Origin: a virus
Strand: one strand, 5' to 3'
IMG/VR virus record: IMGVR_UViG_3300035665_000029
Length of the DNA: 63,603 bases
Shown: one piece after another, positions 57,051 through 63,603 of the stretch
How the letters are laid out: every line of letters starts with the position of its first letter
How positions within the stretch are numbered: position 1 is the stretch's first letter
Notes under the pieces: generated by a model
Databases searched by the model: none
The model's input: only the letters and a program-made list of their open reading frames with translations
Told to the model about the DNA's origin: nothing
Program-made: the position numbers and the translations under genes

Positions 57051-57764
57051 ATGAACACAACAATTGACAACGCAACTCAAACCGTTATCACTAACGCACC
57101 TATCGTCAACGGTATTGATGATCTATTGTATGACATTAGCCGCGCTAGCGCGGACGTAGACAGTGCAGAAAGTTTCGCACGTGGCTCGAAAGAGCGGCTA
57201 ACAAAACTATTGGCTGATTTGCGTGAAACAGGTGCGGTGCTATCAGGCGACACCCGCACCAATCCGACACGCGCTAAACTGCGCGACTTTATCGCGGAGA
57301 CTGGTTTATCTGAACAGCGTGTTAAGGATATAGTTTCATTTCTTACTTTATATTATGACAGCGTAACCGCTGTTACCACGCTACAAAGCAACAGCGCAGT
57401 AAAAGACAGTATAGCGCGTCAAATAAAAGATAGAGTGATCCCAGACGAAGAGGAAAACATAGTGCAAGGCACTATAAAAAAGGCTGCAAAGCCTAAGAAA
57501 ACAGACGCTGAAAAGGCGGCTGAAAAACAAGAAAAGCTAGAGTCTGAATACTCGGCTAAACTTATGGGTGACAGCATTGAAGCTACGGCCACGAGACTTG
57601 ATGAGCATCCTGAATTCCACCACCTTGTCGCTTTTATAGCGGATACAGGTTCGCTAGACTTGGATGCCTTCACTAAGTACATGATTGAAAAGCGTACTGA
57701 AAAGGCACGCTTAAACGAAGAGCTTCAAGCACAGATAGCAGCATTACAAGCCCAACTTAAATAA
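57051..57764 (+). CDS. First early protein (237 aa), hypothetical
   Basis: Track ORF with RBS aggaaaaacc, followed by a terminator. Confidence 0.65.
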   Translation: MNTTIDNATQTVITNAPIVNGIDDLLYDISRASADVDSAESFARGSKERLTKLLADLRETGAVLSGDTRTNPTRAKLRDFIAETGLSEQRVKDIVSFLTLYYDSVTAVTTLQSNSAVKDSIARQIKDRVIPDEEENIVQGTIKKAAKPKKTDAEKAAEKQEKLESEYSAKLMGDSIEATATRLDEHPEFHHLVAFIADTGSLDLDAFTKYMIEKRTEKARLNEELQAQIAALQAQLK

Positions 57765-57780
57765 CCAACCACTAAACACT

Positions 57781-57806
57781 AAGCCCGCGTTACGCGGGCT
57801 TTTTTG
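57781..57806 (+). terminator. Rho-independent terminator
   Basis: aagcccgcg-tta-cgcgggctt followed by ttttt. Confidence 0.8.
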
Positions 57807-57822
57807 TGTCTATCGTTTTTAT

Positions 57823-57848
57823 ATAACGTAGTGCACACACTACGTTAT
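57823..57848 (+). promoter_or_regulatory. ATAACGTAGTG-caca-CACTACGTTAT hairpin box (family member 3, 11-bp stem)
   Basis: Read directly from the sequence. Confidence 0.6.
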
Positions 57849-57895
57849 TGATACCAGTGACGTAAGATGCGAGATGCGATGACTTTTCGCGCAAT

Positions 57896-57913
57896 TGTAG
57901 TGCGCGCACTACG
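57896..57913 (+). promoter_or_regulatory. TGTAGTG-cgcg-CACTACG hairpin box (family member 4)
   Basis: Read directly from the sequence. Confidence 0.55.
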
Positions 57914-58033
57914 TTTTAACTAGCACCGTCTTTACGGCGCGATAATTTTAAACTGCCACGTTTACTTAAGTCCGTTTTTTTCGCTCAATAAAGACGGTGC
58001 TACGTGGCTCTATTTAAGCTTTTTGGAGGCATT

Positions 58034-58120
58034 ATGCCAAGCATTTGGGAAGTAATCGGCATTATTTGGGTCTTGTTTGTGATGATTGTGGCATTTACGG
58101 GGTTTATTTGCGGGTACTAG
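58034..58120 (+). CDS. Small hydrophobic peptide (28 aa)
   Basis: RBS ggagg 4 nt upstream; MPSIWEVIGIIWVLFVMIVAFTGFICGY. Confidence 0.4.
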   Translation: MPSIWEVIGIIWVLFVMIVAFTGFICGY

Positions 58121-58140
58121 TCTACATGTTAATATAAAAA

Positions 58141-58162
58141 CTATATGTAGGTTGGAACATTG
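58141..58162. repeat. Left arm of 22-bp perfect inverted repeat (ctatatgtaggttggaacattg)
   Basis: Reverse complement is identical to 58446-58467. Confidence 0.9.
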
Positions 58163-58170
58163 GGGCGCGG

Positions 58171-58186
58171 CAATTCCAACCTACAT
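58171..58186. repeat. Third, slightly shortened copy of the same element (caattccaacctacat), forming a local 13-bp hairpin with the left arm
   Basis: Read directly from the sequence. Confidence 0.8.
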
Positions 58187-58445
58187 TTATCGGATAACTG
58201 CAATCAAATCAAGGGGTTAAGTTATTTGTCTATATATTTAGATTATTATTTACATTAAGTTAGAGTTTTTATATAGCCCCCAATAACTTTTTGTTTTCCC
58301 TTACCCCCCCTCTCTCTTAATCTCTAAGTGCAGGTATAAAATGCTTAACTCAATGTAAATTGTATTCTGAACATGTAGATATGTTCACATACCCCGCAGC
58401 ACACCTGCAATAACCGTCTATATGTATATTGGAATAATCAAACCT

Positions 58446-58467
58446 CAATGTTCCAACCTACATATAG
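58446..58467. repeat. Right arm of 22-bp perfect inverted repeat (caatgttccaacctacatatag)
   Basis: Read directly from the sequence. Confidence 0.9.
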
Positions 58468-58701
58468 AATTTACATTAATATATACACAAGGCTACAGCC
58501 CGCATTATACTTAAAGTAGCCTAAATAAACGGTGTTAAATTTGTACACACCAGCACCAAATATTACGATAACTGTAAGACAAGTTAGTGTTAGTTTCACC
58601 ACTTCGTACACTTAGCTTCTCTGTGATATAGTTTCCCATACACGTACACTAACTAACATTCTACACACCCGTACAGGTAGTTTGACTTACAGTATTACCG
58701 A

Positions 58702-59508
58702 ATGTATTATACACATTCCTACAACAACACAGATTTGAGGTCTAAAATGCGTCGAGATATTTCTATAGACAAATTACGTACCATGATTGAGTACGACCCC
58801 CTTACAGGTATGTTCACGTGGCTTGAGCGAAGTCGAGGAAGACCTTTAGGCATTTTTGCCGGAACACCGGTAACTAAGATATACCGTGGACTGTTTACGC
58901 GGGTGTATGACCCTGTTACTGGCGAGTTTTTGCGGTCTATTCCTGCACCCGACAAGGTCGAGCATCTAGGTTACGTGCTGCGCATCGAGGGCAGAACATA
59001 TCCCGCGCATACCTTAGGGTATGCACTACACACAGGTAAATGGCACCGTGTATCGCATATAAATGGGGATAAGTATGATAATCGGTGGGTCAATCTCACA
59101 ACTGACCGTGAGAAGTCACGGTTACTTAGTGCTCAAAGGGAAACTGTAATTCAGCGTGCCGTTGATGAGCAACTAAAAGCTAAAGCCGCTAAAGCCGCTA
59201 AAGATATGCAGCGGAATAAAGACATCGCAGATGCTGTTTGGCGGTTGTATAAATACAACCCTGATAACGGGCTCTTCATGCGGATACATGACAAATATGA
59301 AGACTGGACTATAGGCACTCCAGTTAAGGGTAATGGGTCACGCACATTGAGCTTCAGGGATAAGATTACAGGGGCAAAAAGTAACTGCCCATGCCATATA
59401 GCAGCTTTTATACTGCACACAGGTGCATACCCTGAAGGGCGAGTGACTCACCTCAATGGTGACAAGAACGACAATAGATGGTCAAACCTGACCATCAAAC
59501 AATCGTAG
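58702..59508 (+). CDS. Tandem-duplicated HNH_3-type (homing) endonuclease-like protein
   Basis: Two copies of the pattern ...YPAHTLGYALHTGKW..VSHINGDKYDNRWVNL / ...CHIAAFILHTGAYP..VTHLNGDKNDNRWSNL. Start may be 58747. Confidence 0.65.
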   Translation: MYYTHSYNNTDLRSKMRRDISIDKLRTMIEYDPLTGMFTWLERSRGRPLGIFAGTPVTKIYRGLFTRVYDPVTGEFLRSIPAPDKVEHLGYVLRIEGRTYPAHTLGYALHTGKWHRVSHINGDKYDNRWVNLTTDREKSRLLSAQRETVIQRAVDEQLKAKAAKAAKDMQRNKDIADAVWRLYKYNPDNGLFMRIHDKYEDWTIGTPVKGNGSRTLSFRDKITGAKSNCPCHIAAFILHTGAYPEGRVTHLNGDKNDNRWSNLTIKQS

Positions 59509-59539
59509 TGCCTGCACTACGTTAACAACCACAATAAGA
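59500..59539 (+). repeat. 40-bp perfect direct repeat, copy 1 (contains hairpin box 5, CGTAGTG-cctg-CACTACG at 59504-59521)
   Basis: Identical to 59892-59931. Confidence 0.95.
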
Positions 59540-59554
59540 AAGGAGAAAAACAAT

Positions 59555-59917
59555 ATGAGTTTAGGATACAACGCTGGCGCTGGCATGGGTGCAACAAGAA
59601 ACGAAGGCTTGGCTGAACGCCAAGCAGGGGAAGGTCAAGCGTATCTAGCCGCATGGACAGCGGCTAGAAATGCCGAAACTTCGGCAAAGTTTGCCGGAAA
59701 AACTGGCAGGTGTGCTGTCACATACAAAAACGAAGAAGGGGGCTGGGAAGTCCTCAAGAGCCCAGCTTTGCCTAAAGAAGAGGCCGAGGCGTGGGTTAGA
59801 GAGTGGCTACGCGCGTTTCGAAGCGAGACTGGGCGCTCAGCATGCGAGTACGGCTCCTTCGAGGTTGCCGAGGTTGAGCAGGCCACCAATCCAATCGTAG
59901 TGCCTGCACTACGTTAA
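59555..59917 (+). CDS. Hypothetical protein (120 aa) in a GC-rich cassette
   Basis: RBS aaaggagaaaaac; visibly higher GC than the flanks; bounded by 40-bp direct repeats. Confidence 0.55.
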   Translation: MSLGYNAGAGMGATRNEGLAERQAGEGQAYLAAWTAARNAETSAKFAGKTGRCAVTYKNEEGGWEVLKSPALPKEEAEAWVREWLRAFRSETGRSACEYGSFEVAEVEQATNPIVVPALR

Positions 59918-59931
59918 CAACCACAATAAGA
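59892..59931 (+). repeat. 40-bp perfect direct repeat, copy 2 (contains hairpin box 6 at 59896-59913)
   Basis: Identical to 59500-59539. Confidence 0.95.
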
Positions 59932-59960
59932 GCGGCACGACAGCATCTTAGGAGAAACCC

Positions 59961-60560
59961 ATGACAAACCAAATAACTAAAATAGAAGTCGAAGTGACAA
60001 CCAATAATCCCGGCTGGTATGTTCCAGCCGGGGCGGCTAATGTTGTTTTAAACATAGCTGGGGAGTATTTCTACCCAGCGGGAACCGTAACACAGGGGCG
60101 TGACGGTATATCAGTCATGTTAGAACGGGAAACCGTTCAGCAGGTTTTGGGTGACCAAAACCTATTTGAAGCGGCATGTGACAGCGTATGCCGCGCGGCT
60201 GTTGGTGTTGTGAACTTAACACAGCATGAGGCTACCACTGACCAGCGTGACGCGGGTGTGGTTTCACCACCATACAACGCGCATATAAAAGCGTTGTTAA
60301 CTTTTGATGTCATTCCATCTGCGAGTGACATTGAAGAGCGAGCTGTAAAGCTCGCGGAATACGCTTACATTAGCAAATGTAAGCTAGCCATGATTGGTGG
60401 CGCCCCGTATTTGATGTCTGCTTTAGAGCGGGCATTAAAAGCACAGGGGATAACCCCTGTTTATGCTTTCTCTCAACGAGAAAGTGTTGAAACCGTCAAG
60501 GAAGATGATTCGGTAGTAAAAACCAATGTGTTCAAACATGTTGGTTTTGTGAAAGTGTAG
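59961..60560 (+). CDS. Hypothetical protein (199 aa)
   Basis: RBS aggagaaaccc before the ATG. Confidence 0.6.
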   Translation: MTNQITKIEVEVTTNNPGWYVPAGAANVVLNIAGEYFYPAGTVTQGRDGISVMLERETVQQVLGDQNLFEAACDSVCRAAVGVVNLTQHEATTDQRDAGVVSPPYNAHIKALLTFDVIPSASDIEERAVKLAEYAYISKCKLAMIGGAPYLMSALERALKAQGITPVYAFSQRESVETVKEDDSVVKTNVFKHVGFVKV

Positions 60561-60571
60561 GAGAAACCACC

Positions 60572-60721
60572 ATGAGACTAAAAACCTTTCAAATCAAAAA
60601 CGAGTGGGCGTATGCCCTGTGGAACGACGACGAGCTGATTGATTGCGTAGCGGGGTTCACGTCAGAAGCCGATGCCCGTGTAGCGGGTGAAGGTGTAATG
60701 AAGTATTACCAACAAAGATAG
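60572..60721 (+). CDS. Small hypothetical protein (49 aa)
   Basis: RBS aggagaaaccacc; hand-translated. Confidence 0.45.
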   Translation: MRLKTFQIKNEWAYALWNDDELIDCVAGFTSEADARVAGEGVMKYYQQR

Positions 60722-60731
60722 GATAAACCCA

Positions 60732-61253
60732 ATGGAAAGACCAACATACAAACTAGAAATAACCCATGACGACTATCCTGACAACCCACGGGATTGGGAT
60801 AACCCATGCACCATGTGGTGCAGTCATAGCCGATACAACCTAGGCGACAAGCAGATAGACGCCGGCAAATACGAGAACTGGGATGACGTGCTGACCACAA
60901 TCGACTACGTAGTAGCTCTGCCACTCTACCTTTATGACCACTCAGAGATAACGATGTCAACAACCCCGTTCACATGCCGTTGGGATAGTGGTCAGGTGGG
61001 ATGGATAACCATGAGCAAGGAACAGATGCTGTCCACTTTCGGTGGTAAGCGGGTAACACAAAAGAAAAAAGAGCAAGCGCTCGCTCTAATGCGGTCTGAT
61101 GTAAAAACCTATGACTGCTACCTAACAGGCGAGGTGTATTACTACGCTATCACTGATGCCGATGATGAGGTAGTCGAGTCGTGCGGTGGGTATTACGGCA
61201 GACAGTATGCCGAGCAGGACGGTGCAGAAGCATTAGTGAGGTGGGAGCGATGA
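60732..61253 (+). CDS. Conserved-looking phage protein of unknown function (173 aa)
   Basis: Track ORF; motifs DNPRDWDN...RYNLGD...LYLYDHS.ITMS...WDSGQVGW. Confidence 0.6.
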   Translation: MERPTYKLEITHDDYPDNPRDWDNPCTMWCSHSRYNLGDKQIDAGKYENWDDVLTTIDYVVALPLYLYDHSEITMSTTPFTCRWDSGQVGWITMSKEQMLSTFGGKRVTQKKKEQALALMRSDVKTYDCYLTGEVYYYAITDADDEVVESCGGYYGRQYAEQDGAEALVRWER

Positions 61254-61413
61254 GAGTCCTATTAGTCATGTTATTAATCGGAATAGCTACAGTATCCCAC
61301 CAAATCGGCTATCGCCTAGCTGAGATACATACCCATAAAGGCGTCAGCTGGGTGGACATCACCAGAAAGAATGTCGTGCCGACACGACACCGCTGGTCAG
61401 CGGAGTATAAACT

Positions 61414-61417
<4 letters not shown>
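61250..61417 (+). CDS. Small membrane protein (55 aa) leading into the array
   Basis: ATGA overlaps at both ends; MRVLLVMLLIGIATV hydrophobic N-terminus. Confidence 0.5.
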
Positions 61418-61715
<298 letters not shown>

Positions 61716-61719
<4 letters not shown>

Positions 61720-61955
61720 AGAAAATCGTAGTAATTACATCGGGCTGGGTAGTGATGGGTGACGTCACTGAGCATGAAGATAGACTAACTATTGACGACG
61801 CAAGCGTCATCAGGGTATGGGGTACCACCGCTGGGTTAGGTGAGATTGCCCTTAACGGGCCAACAACAAGTACCGTCTTAGACCCTGCAGGTGTTGTGGA
61901 GGTGTATAAACCTGCAGTCGTTATGCAAATCCCCTGCACTTATGATGTTAGATAA
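61716..61955 (+). CDS. Conserved 79-aa array partner protein, copy 1
   Basis: MKKIVVITSGWVVMGDVTEHEDRLTIDDASVIRVWGTTAGLGEIALNGPTT...; ATGA overlap with the upstream stop. Confidence 0.7.
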
Positions 61956-62283
61956 CGGCTACGGCGACGGCAGAGGCAACGGCGACGGCAGAGGTAACGG
62001 CTACGGCTACGGCTACGGCAACGGCAGAGGCGACGGCTACGGCCACGGCTACGGCGACGGCCACGGCGACGGCGACAGCGACGGCTACGGCAGAGGCAAC
62101 GGCAGAGGCGACGGCAGAGGCTACGGCTACGGCAACGGTAACGGCAGAGGCAACGGCGACAGCGACGGCTACGACAGAGGCAACGGCAAAGAAATCTCAT
62201 ACACAACTAGACTACTTATACCAGACGTAGACCCTGTGCTAGCTGCAGCTTATCAATCACAAATAATAGGAATAAACCAATGA
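61942..62283 (+). CDS. Gly-X dipeptide-repeat protein, copy 2 (113 aa)
   Basis: The ATGATG start is inside the last codons of the 79-aa gene; conserved tail (KEISYTT... variant). Confidence 0.7.
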   Translation: MMLDNGYGDGRGNGDGRGNGYGYGYGNGRGDGYGHGYGDGHGDGDSDGYGRGNGRGDGRGYGYGNGNGRGNGDSDGYDRGNGKEISYTTRLLIPDVDPVLAAAYQSQIIGINQ

Positions 62284-62519
62284 AGAAAATCGTAGTAATT
62301 ACATCAGGCTGGGTAGTGATGGGTGACGTCACTGAGCATGAAGATAGACTAACTATTGACGACGCAAGCGTCATCAGGGTATGGGGTACCACCGCTGGGT
62401 TAGGTGAGATTGCCCTTAACGGGCCAACAACAAGTACCGTCTTAGACCCTGCAGGTGTTGTGGAGGTGTATAAACCTGCAGTCGTTATGCAAATCCCCTG
62501 CACTTATGATGTTAGATAA
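62280..62519 (+). CDS. Conserved 79-aa array partner protein, copy 2
   Basis: Differs from copy 1 by one synonymous nucleotide (by eye). Confidence 0.7.
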   Translation: MKKIVVITSGWVVMGDVTEHEDRLTIDDASVIRVWGTTAGLGEIALNGPTTSTVLDPAGVVEVYKPAVVMQIPCTYDVR

Positions 62520-62829
62520 CGGCTACGGCGACGGCAGAGGCGACGGCGACGGCGACGGCGACGGCAACGGCGACGGCTACGGCAGAGGCGACGGCTACGG
62601 CTACGACTACGGCGACGGCTACGGCAGAGGCGACGGCGACGGCAGAGGCTACGGCTACGGCGACGGCAACGGCAGAGGCTACGGCAGAGGCTACGGCAGA
62701 GGCAACGGCAGAGGCAACGGCAACGGCTACGGCAAAGAAAACCCATACACAACTAGGTTACTTATACCAGACGTAGACCCTGTGCTAACTGCAGCTTATC
62801 AATCACAATTAATAGGAATAAATCAATGA
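62506..62829 (+). CDS. Gly-X dipeptide-repeat protein, copy 3 (107 aa)
   Basis: Same architecture as copy 1. Confidence 0.7.
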   Translation: MMLDNGYGDGRGDGDGDGDGNGDGYGRGDGYGYDYGDGYGRGDGDGRGYGYGDGNGRGYGRGYGRGNGRGNGNGYGKENPYTTRLLIPDVDPVLTAAYQSQLIGINQ

Positions 62830-63065
62830 AGAAAATCGTAGTAATTACATCAGGCTGGGTAGTGATGGGTGACGTCACTGAGCATGAAGATAGACTAACT
62901 ATTGACGACGCAAGCGTCATCAGGGTATGGGGTACCACCGCTGGGTTAGGTGAGATTGCCCTTAACGGGCCAACAACAAGTACCGTCTTAGACCCTGCAG
63001 GTGTTGTGGAGGTGTATAAACCTGCAGTCGTTATGCAAATCCCCTGCACATATGATGCGGAGTAG
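62826..63065 (+). CDS. Conserved 79-aa array partner protein, copy 3 (C-terminus ...TYDAE)
   Basis: Same as copy 1 except the last codons. Confidence 0.7.
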   Translation: MKKIVVITSGWVVMGDVTEHEDRLTIDDASVIRVWGTTAGLGEIALNGPTTSTVLDPAGVVEVYKPAVVMQIPCTYDAE

Positions 63066-63351
63066 CGGCTACGGCTACGGCTACGGCAACGGCACCGGCA
63101 ACGGCGACGGCTACGGCTACGGCTACGGCTACGGCGACGGCTACGGCAGAGGCGACGGCGACGGCTACGGCTACGGCTACGGCTACGGCAACGGCAACGG
63201 CTACGGCAGAGGCTACGGCAGAGGCAACGGCAGAGGCAACGGCAACGGCAACGGCAAAGAAAACCCATACACAACTAGGTTACTTATACCAGACGTAGAC
63301 CCTGTGCTAACTGCAGCTTATCAATCACAATTAATAGGAATAAATCAATGA
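63052..63351 (+). CDS. Gly-X dipeptide-repeat protein, copy 4 (99 aa, MMRSS leader)
   Basis: Same architecture as copy 1. Confidence 0.7.
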   Translation: MMRSSGYGYGYGNGTGNGDGYGYGYGYGDGYGRGDGDGYGYGYGYGNGNGYGRGYGRGNGRGNGNGNGKENPYTTRLLIPDVDPVLTAAYQSQLIGINQ

Positions 63352-63587
63352 AGAAAATCGTAGTAATTACATCAGGCTGGGTAGTGATGGGTGACGTCAC
63401 TGAGCATGAAGATAGACTAACTATTGACGACGCAAGCGTCATCAGGGTATGGGGTACCACCGCTGGGTTAGGTGAGATTGCCCTTAACGGGCCAACAACA
63501 AGTACCGTCTTAGACCCTGCAGGTGTTGTGGAGGTGTATAAACCTGCAGTCGTTATGCAAATCCCCTGCACATATGATGCGGAGTAG
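63348..63587 (+). CDS. Conserved 79-aa array partner protein, copy 4
   Basis: Its 3' part is duplicated at window positions 1-111. Confidence 0.7.
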   Translation: MKKIVVITSGWVVMGDVTEHEDRLTIDDASVIRVWGTTAGLGEIALNGPTTSTVLDPAGVVEVYKPAVVMQIPCTYDAE

Positions 63588-63603
63588 CGGCTACGGCTAC
63601 GGC

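Noticed and set aside
61891-61941. A 17-codon N-terminal extension (MLWRCINLQSLCKSPA.) on the track ORFs for Gly-X copies 2-5, and a possible +1 frameshift fusion of the 79-aa and Gly-X proteins
   Set aside because: The extension starts on GTG inside the 79-aa gene. Copy 1 lacks it and starts at the same ATGATG. Conservation of the open frame is not independent evidence because the DNA itself is repeated. I saw no convincing slippery site beyond a CCC-U.

Overview
The window is a complete, tightly packed dsDNA phage genome. Nt 1-127 are identical to nt 63477-63603, so the unique length is about 63,476 bp if the join is real.

There are two transcriptional arms. A plus-strand early/replication arm starts at a sigma70-like promoter near 56908, runs through the window junction and ends at 20915. 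A minus-strand packaging/head/tail/lysis/ejection arm runs from 56609 down to 20956. I saw no tape-measure or sheath gene, and there are several very large candidate internal proteins, so a short-tailed virion is likely. I found no tRNA, rRNA, CRISPR array, integrase or RNA polymerase.

Recognisable functions:
- Early arm: MoxR/CobS-like AAA+ ATPase with a VWA-metallopeptidase partner, SleB-like hydrolase, VRR-NUC, ThyX, AP2-domain protein, DUF3310, family A DNA polymerase, Cas4-like nuclease, HNH, SNF2 helicase, probable SSB, primase-polymerase/SF3 helicase.
- Late arm: terminase, portal, scaffold, capsid, fibres, M15 endolysin, and a 2195-aa virion protein carrying an HExxH motif.

Most unusual findings:
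1. A tandem array of five cassettes (61414-63603, continuing into 1-415). Each encodes a hypervariable protein made almost entirely of Gly-X dipeptides (X = Y/D/N/R), written as a codon-locked (GGC-NAC)n hexanucleotide repeat and ending in a conserved 31-aa tail. Four of the five are followed by a near-invariant 79-aa ORF, and all genes are translationally coupled. I do not recognise either protein family.
2. A fractured large-terminase gene: the N-extein with a split-intein N half, then a free-standing HNH-type homing endonuclease gene, then the intein C half with the C-extein.
3. A roughly 590-nt ORF-free, stem-rich island (7189-7781).
4. A family of CGTAGTG-N4-CACTACG hairpins in the early region, two of them inside 40-bp perfect direct repeats that flank a GC-rich moron.
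5. An AT-rich region bounded by 22-bp perfect inverted repeats.
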